Assembly: GCF_020745735.1 (NCBI RefSeq)
Contig: NC_083438.1
Span: 38,359,949-38,423,948, forward strand
Direction: 5' to 3'
DNA from: Hemiscyllium ocellatum
Taxonomy: Eukaryota
Length of the DNA stretch: 64,000 nucleotides
The position numbers and the translations under genes are program-made. Shown piece after piece: positions 49,900 through 61,069 of the stretch. Numbering within the stretch: the first letter of the stretch is position 1; each line of letters starts with the position of its first letter. A model generated the notes under the pieces. The model did not search any database and was not told the origin of the DNA. It was given only the letters and a program-made list of their open reading frames with translations.

Positions 49900-49935
49900 A
49901 TTCCTGAAGAAGGGCTCATGCCCGAAACGTCGAAT
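49900..49935 (+). ncRNA. Minimal hammerhead motif in a dispersed Penelope-type terminal repeat
   Basis: attc-CTGAAGA-agggc/tcat/gccc-GAAAC-GTC-gaat. Confidence 0.68.
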
Positions 49936-50099
49936 CTCCTGTTCCTTGGATGCTGCCTGACCTACTGCGCTTTTCCACTAACATATTTTCAGCTCTGATC
50001 TCCAGCATCTGCAGTCCTCACTTTCTCCTAAGGCACTGGTCAGAGTGCATTTGGAACACTGTGAGGAGTATTTTGGTCCTCTGTACCTTCACCATTTTC

Positions 50100-52590
50100 A
50101 CACGGAGGCTCAGTGGTTAACACTGCTGCGTCCCAGCACAAAGGACGCGGGGTCGATTCCACACTCAGTCTTTGTGAAGTTTCTATGTTCTCCCTGTATC
50201 TGCACGGGTTTCCTCCCACAGTTCAAAGATGTGCAGGTTAGGGTGGATTCGCCATGGGAAATTGTCCCATAGTGTCCAGGGATGTGTAGGTTAGGGTGGA
50301 TTGGCCATGGGAAATTGTCTCATAGTGCCCAGGGATGTGTAGGTTAGGGTGGATTGGCCAAGAGAAAGTGTCCCATAGTGCTCAGGGATGTGTAGGTTAG
50401 GGTGGATTGTACGTGGGAAATTGTCTCATAGTGCCCAGGAATGTGAAGGTTAGGGTGGATTGGACATGGGAAATAGTCCCATAGTGCCCAGGGATGTGCA
50501 GGTTAGGCTGGATTGGCCATGGGAAATTGTCCTATGGTGCCCAGATATGTGCAGGTTGGGGTGGATTGGCCATGGGAAATTGTCCCATAGTGATCAGTGA
50601 TGTGCAGGTTAGGGTGGATTCGCCATGGAAATTGTCCCATAGTGCCCAGGGATGTGCAGGTTAGGGTGGATTCGCCATGGGAAATTGTCTCATAGTGTCC
50701 AGGGATGTGTAGGTTAGGGTGGATTGGCCAAGAGAAATTGTCCCATAGTGCTAAGGGATGTGTAGGTTAGGGTGGATTGTCCATGGGAAATTGTCTCATA
50801 GTGCCCAGGAATGTGCAAGTTAGGGTGGATGGGCCATGGGAAATTGTCCCATAGTGCCCAGGGTTGTGCAGGTTAGGGTGGATTGGACATGGGAAATTGT
50901 CCCATAGTGCCCAGGGATGTGCAGGTTAGGCTGGATTGGCCATGGGAAATTGTCTCATAGTGCCCAGAGATGTGCAGGTTGGGGTGGATTGGCCATGGGA
51001 AATTGTCCCATAGTGTCCAGGGATGTGCAGGCTAGGGTGGATTGGCCTTGGGAAATTGTCCCATAGTGCCCAGTGATGTGCAGGTTAGGGTGGATTGGCC
51101 ATGGGAAATTGCCATAGAGTGCCCAGGGATGTGCAGGTTAGGTTGGATTGGCCATGGGAAATTGTCCCATAGTGCCCAGAGATGTATAGGTTGGGGTGGA
51201 TTGGCCATGGGAAATTGTCCCATAGTGCCCAGTGTTGTCCAGGTTAGGGTGGATTGGACATGGGAAATTGTCCCATAGTGCCCAGGGATGTGCAGGTTAG
51301 GGTGGATTGGCCATGGGAAATTGTCCCACAGTGCCGAGGGATGTGCAGATTAGGGTGGATTGCCAATGGGAAATTGTCCCATAGTTCCCAGAGATGTGTA
51401 GGTTGGGGTGGATTGGCCATGGGAAATTGTCATAGAGTGCCCAGGGATGTGCAGGTTAGGTTGGATTGGCCATGGGAAATTGTCCCATAGTGCCCAGTGA
51501 TGTGCAGGTTAGGGTGCTTTGGCCATGGGAAATTGTCCCATAGTGCCCAGGGATGTGCAGGTTAGGGTGGATTCGCCATGGGAAATTGTCCCATAGTGCC
51601 CAGGGATGTGCAGGTTCGGGTGGATTCGCCATGGGAAATTGTCTCATAGTGCCCAGGGATGTGTAGGTTAGGGTGGATTGGCCAAGAGAAATTGTCCCAT
51701 AGTGCTCAGGGATATGTAGGTTAGGGTGGATTATCCATGGGAAATTGTCTCATAGTGCCCAGGAATGTGCAGATTAGGGTGGATGGGCCATGGGAAATTG
51801 TCCCATAGTGCCCAGGGATGTGCAGGTTAGGGTGGATTCGCCATGGGAAATTGTCCCATAGTGCCCAGGGATGTGCAGGTTCGGGTGGATTCGCCATGGG
51901 AAATTGTCTCATAGTGCCCAGGGATGTGTAGGTTAGGGTGGATTGGCCAAGAGAAATTGTCCCATAGTGCTCAGGGATGTGTAGGTTAGGGTGGATTATC
52001 CGTGGGAAATTGTCCCATAGTGCCCAGGGTTGTGCAGGTTAGGGTGGATTGGCCATGGGAAATTGTCCCATACTGCCCAGGGATGTGCAGGTTGGCGTGG
52101 ATTGGCCATGGGAAATTGTCATAGTGTGCCCAGGGATGTGCAGGTTAGGGTGGATTGGCCATGGGAAATTGTCCCATAGTGCCTAGTGATGTGCAGGTTA
52201 GGGTGGATTGGCCATGGGAAATTGTCATATAGTGCCCAGGGATGTGCAGGTTAGGGTGGATTGGCCATGGGAAATTGTCCCATAGTGCCCAGGGATGTGC
52301 AGATTTGGGTGGATTGCAAATGGGAAATTGTCCCATAGTGCCCAGGGATGTGCAGATTAGGGTGGATTGGTCATGGGAAATTGTCCCATAGTGCCCAGGG
52401 ATGTGCAGGTTAGGGTGGATTGGCCATGGGAAATTGTCCCATAGTGTCCAGGGATGTGCAGGTTAGGGTGGATTGGCCGTGGGAAGTGTGGGGTTAAAGG
52501 GGCATAGATAGGACTTGGGGTGGGATGGCCTTCAGAGAGTTAGTGCAGGCTTGATGGGCCAAATGGCCTGTTTCTTCTCTTTAGAGATTC
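50100..52590 (+). repeat. V-SINE with the largest 53-bp internal array (about 42 units)
   Basis: Head at 50100-50230, array at 50230-52490, tail at 52490-52590. Confidence 0.95.
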
Positions 52591-53313
52591 TAATCTAAGG
52601 AAGGATGCGCTGTCTGTGGAGGGGACCTGGAGTAGGTTTACTAGACCAATCCCAGGGATGAAGGGCGTGTCTTCCAAGGAGAGGCTGAGGACACTGGGCC
52701 TGTATTTGATAGAGTTGTGAAGGGTGAGGGGGGGGATCTGGTTGACCCTTACAGAACACTGAGAGGGTCTGGATAGAGTGGTCACGGATAAGATGTTCCC
52801 ACCAGGAGGAGAGACCAGGGCCCGAGGGCACAGCCTCAGGGGGGAAGGGACAGCCGTTTGGAACTGAGATGGGGAGGAATTTCTTCAGCTGGAGGGTGGG
52901 GAATCTGTGGGACTCGTTGCTGCGGAGGGCTGTGGGGGAACGCGTCACTGAGTGTGTTTAAGACAGAAATAGATAGGTTGCTGATTAGAGAGGGGGGTCA
53001 AAGGTTATGGAGAGAAGTCAGGAGAATGGGGTTGAGAAACATGTCAGCCAGGATAGAATGGTGGGGTATCCCCAATGGGCCAAATGGCCTCATTCTGATC
53101 CTTTACCTTTGGCTCGACTGAGAAAGCAGCAACTGGGTTGGGTGATCAACCATGATCACAATGAAGGTGCAGGACAGGCTCGATGGGCAGAGTGGCCTAC
53201 TCCGATATTCCATGTTCCCAGATCACAAATAGTTTGTGAACATACAATTACCCGATATTTACCGAAAACCTGTCAGCTGACTTTCGGAATGAATTCCGCC
53301 CGTTGTAACTTAC

Positions 53314-53431
53314 CCTCGCCACGTGTACGTTGTCGCTGGAGGATTGGCATCTGCGTGACATGTCACAGCAACATTGCGGCTGTTTACACTACAGCTCTGA
53401 TCATATCCCGTTATAGTCACCTCTGGGGGGT
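53314..53431 (-). CDS. Gene B D3 first half exon
   Basis: Acceptor cctttctctttgtag| and donor gagg|gtaagt; 118 nt, phase 1 to 2. Encodes YPPEVTITGYDQSCSVNSRNVAVTCHADANPPATTYTWRG, matching the nectin D3 pattern Y.PEV.I.G(Y/F)D...C.ADANPP. Missed by the ORF track. Confidence 0.9.
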
Positions 53432-54229
53432 CTACAAAGAGAAAGGTTCACAGGGTCAGGACATCTCAGCCCGGTCGTTAAAAGGAGCCAGAACTATGAT
53501 TGAATTGGGTGGTGTCACAGTGGGAGAAATAGTTAGACTTGTGTCTTTGTGACAATTGACAGAGTCATAGATTCCCACAGCAAGGAAACAGACCCGTCAG
53601 CCCATCCAGTTCATGCTGACCCTAACCCCAAACTACCCTAGTCCCCCCCTGCCTGCTCCTGACCCATCTCCCTCCAAACCTTTCCTGTTCATGTCCTGAT
53701 CCAAATATCTTTTAAACAATCCACTACACGGTGATTCCACCAACAAATCACTCTCTGTGTTTCAATAAAAATTGCCCCCCTTCACATCTTTACAAAAATC
53801 TCTCTGCTCTCACCGTAGAAATGTGCCCCCTGTCTGAGGGAAAAGACAACTCCCTTTAACCCTATGTATACCTGAAGGATGGAGATGGAGGCAGCCAGGA
53901 GGACCCAATGGGCTGAATGGCCTGCTTCCTCCCTGCAGGGATTCTGTAACCAACCCAAACTGAACAGCGTGAGGGTGACTGGAGCGTTCACAACAGGGAA
54001 GCACTGTCTTGGAACCAAAGGATGTTGCACTCAATCCACGTTCTTGTCTGCTCCGGAAACGTGGAAATATCCGGCTTGGAAGTGGATGAACGATGGAAAT
54101 GCCCCCCATTTCCTTCAGACAAAGGAAGGAGCGTTTGAAATTCACTTTAAAATGATGCCCCACTTTGTTCATGACCCTTCAACTAAGTTGCTGTGGCAAT
54201 CTGCCCATGCCCCTCAGAATAGTCACTGA

Positions 54230-54765
54230 GTCATAGAGATATACAGCACGGAAACAGACCCTTCAGTCCAACTCGTGCATACCAATTAGATACCTCTAAA
54301 TTAACCTCATCTCATTTGTCAGCACTTGGCTCATATCCCACCAAACCCTTCGTATTCATATCCCCATCCAGATGCCTTTTAAATGTTGTCATTGTACATC
54401 CTCCACCACTTCCTCTGGCAGCTCATTCCATACATGTACCACCCTCTGTATGAAAACGTTGCCCCTCAGGTCCCTTTTATACCTTTCCCCTCCCACCCCA
54501 AACCTTTGCCCCTCTCGTTCTGGACTCCCCGACCCCAGGGAAAAGTCTTTGCCTATTTATCCTATCCATGTCCCTCATGATTTTATGAACCTCTATAAGG
54601 TCACCCCTCAGCCTCCGACACTCCAGGGAAAACAGCCCCTGCCTGTTCAGCCTCTCCCTGTAGCTCAGATCCTCCAACCCTGGCAACATCCTTGTAAATC
54701 TTTTCTGAGCCCTTTCAAGTTTCACACCATTCTTCCTACAGCAGGGAGACCAGAATTGCAGACAC
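54230..54765 (-). mobile_element. CR1/HER1 3' fragment
   Basis: ORF 54477-54725, MKLERAQKRFTRMLPGLEDLSYRERLNR. Confidence 0.9.
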
Positions 54766-55199
54766 TCTAAGTCGAAAGAATCATGGATTTAAAAAAATTT
54801 TTGAATATGTTCAGCTGGAGTTTATAAATAGATGGATTCAATCAAATCAAATCAGTCTTACCCACATTCAAAAACACAAGTAACCTGTTACACAGGTACC
54901 TGGAAGAAACCAACTCGTCCCACGGGTTAAAGTTGAGTTCTTCTCCAGTTTAGGAAGAGTTTGTTCCCTGTTTTCCAATGGGACAATCCAGAACGTGGGA
55001 TCATAGCTTTAGGATGATAGAGGGAGGCAGATTTACAACAGAGATGAGGTGGAATTACTGCTCTCAAAGGGTCGTGAATCTGTGAAATTCACTCCCCTCT
55101 GAATAGGTTTAAGGAGAATTTGTTTTTTAATGAATACAGTGGGGAAGGAAATGCGGAGGAAGGTGGGTTGAGGCTGAGATTAGATCAACCGCAGTTAAG

Positions 55200-56150
55200 G
55201 TGGCACAGCGGCTCAGTGGTTAGCACTGCAGCCTCGCAGCGTCAGAGAACCAAGTTCGATTCCAGCCTCCGTTTATGTCTGTGTGGAGTTTGCACATTCT
55301 CCCCGTGTCTGCGTGGGTTACCTCCCACAGCCCAAAGATATGCAGGTTAGAGTCGTTTGACCAAGCTAAACTGTCCCATAGTATCCAGGGATGTGCAGGT
55401 TGGGGTGGATTGGCCATGGGAAATTGTCCCACAGAATTCAAGGATATCTTAGCCTGCCTGGCACACTCTCCTCATTCCTGATGAAGGGCTCTGGCCCGAA
55501 ATGTCGAATTTCCTGTTCCTTGGATGCTGCCTGACCTGCTGTGCTTTAACCAGCAACACATTTTCAGCTCTGATATCCAGCATCTGCAGACCTCACTTTT
55601 TACATGGGAAATTGTCCCATAGTGCCCAGGGATGTGCAGGTTAGGGTGGATTGGCTATGGGAAATTGTCCCATAGTGCCCAGGGATGTGCAGGTTAGGGT
55701 GGATTGGACATGGGAAATTGTCCCATAGTGTCCAGCGATGTGCGGGTTAGAGTGGATTGGCCATGGGAAATTGTCCCATAGTGTCCAGGGATGTGCGGGT
55801 TAGGATAGATTGGCCATGGGAAATTGTTCCATAGTGTCCAGGGATGTACAGGTTAGAGTGGATTGGCCATGGGAAATTGTCCCATAGTGCCCAGGGATGT
55901 GCAGGTTAGGCTGGATTGGCCATGGGAAATTGTCCTATAGTGCCCAGAGATGTGCAGGTTGGGGTGGATTGGCCATGGGAAATTGTCCCATAGTATCCGG
56001 GGATATCTCGGCAATGTGGGCTATCCATGGGGAATGCAGGGTTATCAGGATAAAGTAGGGGAATGACTCCAGGTGGGATGCTCTTCGGAGGGTTGCAGTA
56101 CAGTTGATGGGCCAAATGGACAGCTTTCATTCTGTAGGGATTTTATGATT
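55200..56150 (+). repeat. V-SINE with 53-bp array interrupted by a Penelope-type terminal repeat (about 55465-55600)
   Basis: catgggaaattgtccca occurs on both sides of the insert; units continue to about 56000. Confidence 0.85.
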
Positions 56151-56232
56151 GAATTGACTGGCTTATCAAGGAGCTGATGGTGCCCCCTACTCATCTTCTC
56201 AGCTACAGTCTGTCTTTCCATGTGGGACTTAC

Positions 56233-56526
56233 AGGAGATCTCCAGTTGTAAGCGGTATGTCTTGCTGCTGTCTGTTGCTGGGTGAGTGATAAAACACTCC
56301 ACAGTTTGACCATTGTCTGAACGACGTGGTCTCAGCTTGTACAGGCTGCTGACAGTCACTGTCCCGTTGCTGTTGGCCGTCTGGATGGTGGTGTGGTTCC
56401 CATGGAGACTGGATTTCCAGGTGATATCTGCTGCTGGTTTCCCAAAGGCCGCAATACACTGAGCCACAGGGACCTCGGAGAGTCCAGCCTTTACTGGGAC
56501 CGATGTCGCTATGTTGGTGGGAACCG
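56233..56526 (-). CDS. Gene B D2 Ig (C2-type) exon
   Basis: Acceptor tttatccctgacag| and donor cct|gtaagt; 294 nt, phase 1-1. Encodes AVPTN...VAQCIAAFGKPAADITW...NSNGTVTVSSLYKLRP...VECFITHP...LEIS, a typical nectin D2 (C.A..GKP....W, NGTVTV.S). Confidence 0.93.
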
Positions 56527-57763
56527 CTGTCAGGGATAAACAGGAAATTAGTTCAATGTCTGCTTCCATCAAAGAGTGATCCTTCACATTAAAACAGCAA
56601 CAGCAACCTGCTCCAATTCCATTTCCAGGCCGATGTAATCGTGGGTGAGGGTTTCCTCATCATCCTGATTCAGAAATGGTCCTGCACACCACTGGAGCAT
56701 GCTGGGACTTGAACCTTCGACTCCTGGCCCAGAGCTGGTGACATTACCCCCAAACTGCTGAAGAGTAAGGCTCACTTACAGATGTTTATAAATCAACCCA
56801 GTTCAAGCCATTTCCAGCACAGCTCCCAACCTGGAGCTTCCAATTAAATCACAGGATATGGTTGTCATGGGCTGGGCCGGTGTTTATTCACCAGCTCTGA
56901 TTACCCAGAAGGGAATAAAGAGTCCAGCACATCGCTGTGAGTGATCGAGACATTGAGAGAGAGGGGTGAGTGGACAGACGAGGACAGGGACAGAAATTGA
57001 ACAGAGACAATACTGGACCTGAAGCAAAGAATCTCTTTGGGACTGAATCTGATTCTATTTTTTTATGAATAATTAAATGCCTGTTAACCGCACTGCCTTG
57101 TTCGGTCAATGGGTCTGCCAACTGATAGTCATCCACCCCTGTCTCCATCCTGGCAACATTGAACATTGACATGACATGACGATGAGACAAAGACGGGGCA
57201 GGGTCTGCCCTACAGCACATGGACTGCAGCAGGTCGAGAAGGCACCTCCCCCCACCTTCTCAATGTGGGGGGGGGGCAACGAGGGACAGGGCAGTAAATA
57301 CTGGGCCCAGCCAGTGATGCCCACGGCCCAGGAGTGAACCACTAAAAAGACCACAGGTCATTCAGACGTACTGTGAAAAGTGAGGATGGGAGCACTGACC
57401 ACAGAAACACAGAGAGGAAAAGACAGATGGGAAGAGAGGGGGGAGTTGACAGGAGCGGGGAAAGCGAAGACACGGCACTTTGAAAGGAAGGATGGATCAT
57501 CTGAAAGTAGGGGAGTGGAAGAAAGAGAGAGAGAGAGAGACACAGAGATACCTTGGAAGGCCTATGAAAGGTACTGTCCCATAAGAATAGAACTGATCTT
57601 CAGACAGGTACAATTTTTAACCTCTGATGGTAATTGTTGGGAATGTCAAATGCACCCCTCGGAATCAAACATTCACCTTGATGCCCCTCTGTTTACATTC
57701 ATTCACGTTCCTTCTCACAGATTAATCGCCAACATGAACCGTGAGTCCATGTAGGGTACTTAC

Positions 57764-58102
57764 CTAGAATCGTTAAATGGACAGTTTTTCTCAGTTTTCC
57801 TTGAGGGAATATTGCAAGATCACATGTATAATTCCCCTCATCCTGCACTTCCAACGCTTTTATTCGGATTGATCCATCCTGGACAGATTGGTTTCTCAAC
57901 TCTATCCGTCCGGAATAGTTTTCATTTGGGACAGTAAGCCCAAGCCTCGGGCTATACACAGCGATGGGCTTCTCCTGATGGTCTTTTTCCCAGGAAAGTA
58001 GTGTAAACCTCCCCCTCTCTGGTGTCAGCTGGCACGGGATCAGTACCTCGGTCCCAACAAGAGCCGTGAGGAAGACCTTGTTTCCAACGACGCAAGTTGG
58101 AA
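57764..58102 (-). CDS. Gene B D1 IgV exon (nectin-like)
   Basis: Acceptor cctttcctag| and donor ctag|gtaagt; 339 nt, phase 1-1. Encodes VPTCVVGNK...EVLIPCQL...LLSWEK...IAVYSPRLG...DGSIRIKALEVQDEGNYTCDLAIFPQG...HLTIL, with AX6G and an FP.G motif. Confidence 0.93.
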
Positions 58103-58437
58103 CTAGGAAAGGCAACAGGAAAAGTCACATTTGGGAAAGACATTGGAAGACGGACATATCCTCAAAGTGAGTCAGAGATACAGAGTCTGAACAAAACACA
58201 AAATCCAAAATGTATAAGAAATAGTAACAACGAAGGCCGTTCAGCCCCTCAGGCCTGCTGTTATTCAACAGGATCAAGGCCTAGCCAACATTCCTGAAGT
58301 CCACATTCTTGCCTTTTGCCTGTAATCCTTGATTCCCCGACTGATCAGGGATTGATCTATCTCACATTTAAGTATACAGAAGGACTCTGCCTCCCCCACA
58401 GTTGTCTGTGACAGAGGCTCACAACTCTCCCGACTCA

Positions 58438-59418
58438 GGCGACTGACTGTGTGGAGTTTGCACATTCTCCCCGTGTCTGTGTGGGTTTCCTCCGGGTGCT
58501 CCGGTTTCCTCCCACAGTCCAAAGATGTGCGGGTCAGGTGAATTGGCCATGCTAAATTGCCTGTAGTGTTAAGTAAGGGGTAAATGTAGGGGTATGGGTG
58601 GGTTGCGCTTCAGCGGGTCGGTGTGGACTTGTTGGGCCAAAGGGCCTGTTTCCACACTGTAAGTAATCTAATCTAATCTAAAAAAAATCCCTCCCTGTCT
58701 CAGTCTGAAATTGGCTCCTCTTTTTGTTCAGAGACTGTGCCCTCTGCTCCTAGAACTCTCCCATGAGGGGGGACCCATAGTCGTGAGTCTCTGGAATTCT
58801 CTACCACAGAAGGTGTTTGAGGCTACAACATGGGACGGTTTAGGAAGAGTTGGATGGAGTTCTTAGGGCTAAAGGGAACACAGGATATGGGGGAAGGAGG
58901 GGAGAGCTGGCACTGAGATGGATGATCAACCGTATCCAATGGAATGTGGAGCAGGTTCGAAGGGCCGAATGGCCTTCTCCTGCTCCCATTTTCTTGGTTT
59001 CTGAACCCTCTACTTCACCAGCAAGGAAGCAACATCTCCAACCAGAGTCTCAGGAGGATTGGAGACATCGGCTGCCACATAATGAAGACGAGACCCCAGC
59101 AGAATTAGATTAGATTACTTACAGTGTGGAAACAGGCCCTTCGGCCCAACAAGTCCACACCGACCCGCCGAAGCACAACCCACACATACCCCTACATTAA
59201 CCCCTTACCTAACACTACGGGCAATTTAGCATGGCCAATTCACCTGACCCGTACATCTTTATGACTGTGGGAGGAAACCGGAGCACCCGGAGGAAACCCA
59301 CACAGACACGGGGAGAACGTACAAACTCCACACAGTCAGTTGCCTGAGTCGAGAATTGAACCCGGGTCTCAGGCACTGTGCGGCAGCAGTGCTAACCACT
59401 GTGCCACCGTGCCGCCCA
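58438..59418. mobile_element. Two young V-SINEs in opposite orientation (58438-58680 +, 59105-59418 -)
   Basis: Near-identical V-domains and (taatc)n tails. Confidence 0.88.
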
Positions 59419-59637
59419 AAATGTGCCATGCGGATTTGGGAGCATTCAGGGGAGTGGCCGGGGAGGATGGGAGAGCACCTCAGATACTATTGCAGATATA
59501 GCTAACCGAGCGCAGTGCCCCATATTCTGTAGCGCCTCTCACAAGTTAACATGAATCATTTCCTTTCACATTCTGCTGGTGTGAGGAAACGCTGGCAGAT
59601 TTCCTGTCCAGATCACCGTTCCTAAAAAAAAACTTAC

Positions 59638-59658
59638 AAAGTTCATCTCGCCTCTCCA
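59638..59658 (-). CDS. Candidate 21-nt cassette exon of gene B (VERRDEL)
   Basis: Strong acceptor ttagttcctctttcag| and donor ttt|gtaagt; 21 nt, phase 1-1, stop-free, located between the leader and V exons. No expression evidence. Confidence 0.4.
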
Positions 59659-59859
59659 CTGAAAGAGGAACTAATGTTGCATTTGAGAAGACTTGACACT
59701 TCAGTGCGGCAGTGGATTAATATTGTGAAGACAGAAAGATAAGACTGCTTATGGAGAGAAGCTGATGTTTTAACCCAATGTGAGATACTCACAAAATAAC
59801 TGCCCCTTCGTAACCCCCAGAGGTCCCAGAGACATTCACACTCAATGGCAAATATTTGC

Positions 59860-60560
59860 TACAGGAAGGATGTTATTAAACTGGAAGGAATGCGGAATAA
59901 GTTGTTGTCAGGACTCAACGGTCTGAGTTATAGGGAGAGATTGGACAAGCTAGGAGTGTTTTCCTTAGAGCGTAGGAGACTGAGGGGGGACCTTATAGAG
60001 GTGTAGAAGATCATGAGAGGCGTGGATAGGGTGAACACACTCAGTCTTTTCCCCAGGGTTGGGGAATCGTGGATTAGAGGGCATCAGTTTAAGGTCAGAG
60101 GGGGGAAAGAATAAAAGGGAGCCTGAGGGACAACGTTTTTACCCAGAGGATGGTACGCATATGGAATGAGCTGCCAGCAGAAAGGGTTGAGGCGGGTACA
60201 TCAACAACGTTTTACAGGCACTTGGACAGATACCTGGATAGAGAAGGATTAGGAGGATATGGGAGGAGAAAGTGAGGTCTGCAGATGCTGGAGATCAGAG
60301 CTGAAAATGTGTTGCTGGAAAAGCGCAGCAGGTCAGGCAGCATCCAAGGAGCAGGAGATTTGACGTTTCGGGCAGGGCTTCGAATCTGCTGCTCCTTGGA
60401 TGCTGCCTGACTTGCTGCGCTTTTCCAGCAGCACATTTTCAGCTCTGAAGGATGTGGGCCAAGTGCAGGGGAAATGGAGATTAGCAAAGGCTAATTTTGG
60501 ATAGCATGGACCAGTTCGGGCCGAAGGAGCTGTGTTTGCGCAATAGGATGCTATGACTCG
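59860..60560 (+). mobile_element. CR1 3' fragment containing a palindromic Penelope-type insertion (about 60265-60450)
   Basis: gagcgtaggagactgagggggga...; inverted arms ctgaaaatgtgttgctggaaaagcgcagc and gctgcgcttttccagcagcacattttcag. Confidence 0.8.
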
Positions 60561-61069
60561 AAGGTTTGTGAGTGAGGGGACTTTTCACCAAGCAGGGAAT
60601 CCATCACTCAATATCCCCCTCCCCTTCGTCCCCGCACCCCCAGACTGTTTCCATCGAAGGCTCCCCTCTTCTACACACTAGCTGTGAAACGATCTCCCAG
60701 AAACCTTTCAGGCAGCACCCCCGCCCAGATCATCACATCTCGCTGTCTCTCAGAACATCCCCCTTCCACCCCCACATCTTGGTGCCTCTTCCTCATTCTA
60801 TCTCATCTGCGTTCCTCTGGTTACTGACCATCCCGCCACTGGGATGAATTCCGAGAATGATCCTAGGAATGACGGATTTTAGATAGAAGGAAATATGACA
60901 GGGCCGTGTAAATCGTAAGGCTCCCACCACAGAGAGATTTCCAGCACTCACTCACGTTTGTATGTCAGTTTTAATATCTCAATAGGACCATAGGATTAAA
61001 CACTCACAGCTCGTAAATGAAAGAGCAGCCCATCGAATCTCGAGGACTGCGGTGATGTTACTTGTTATA

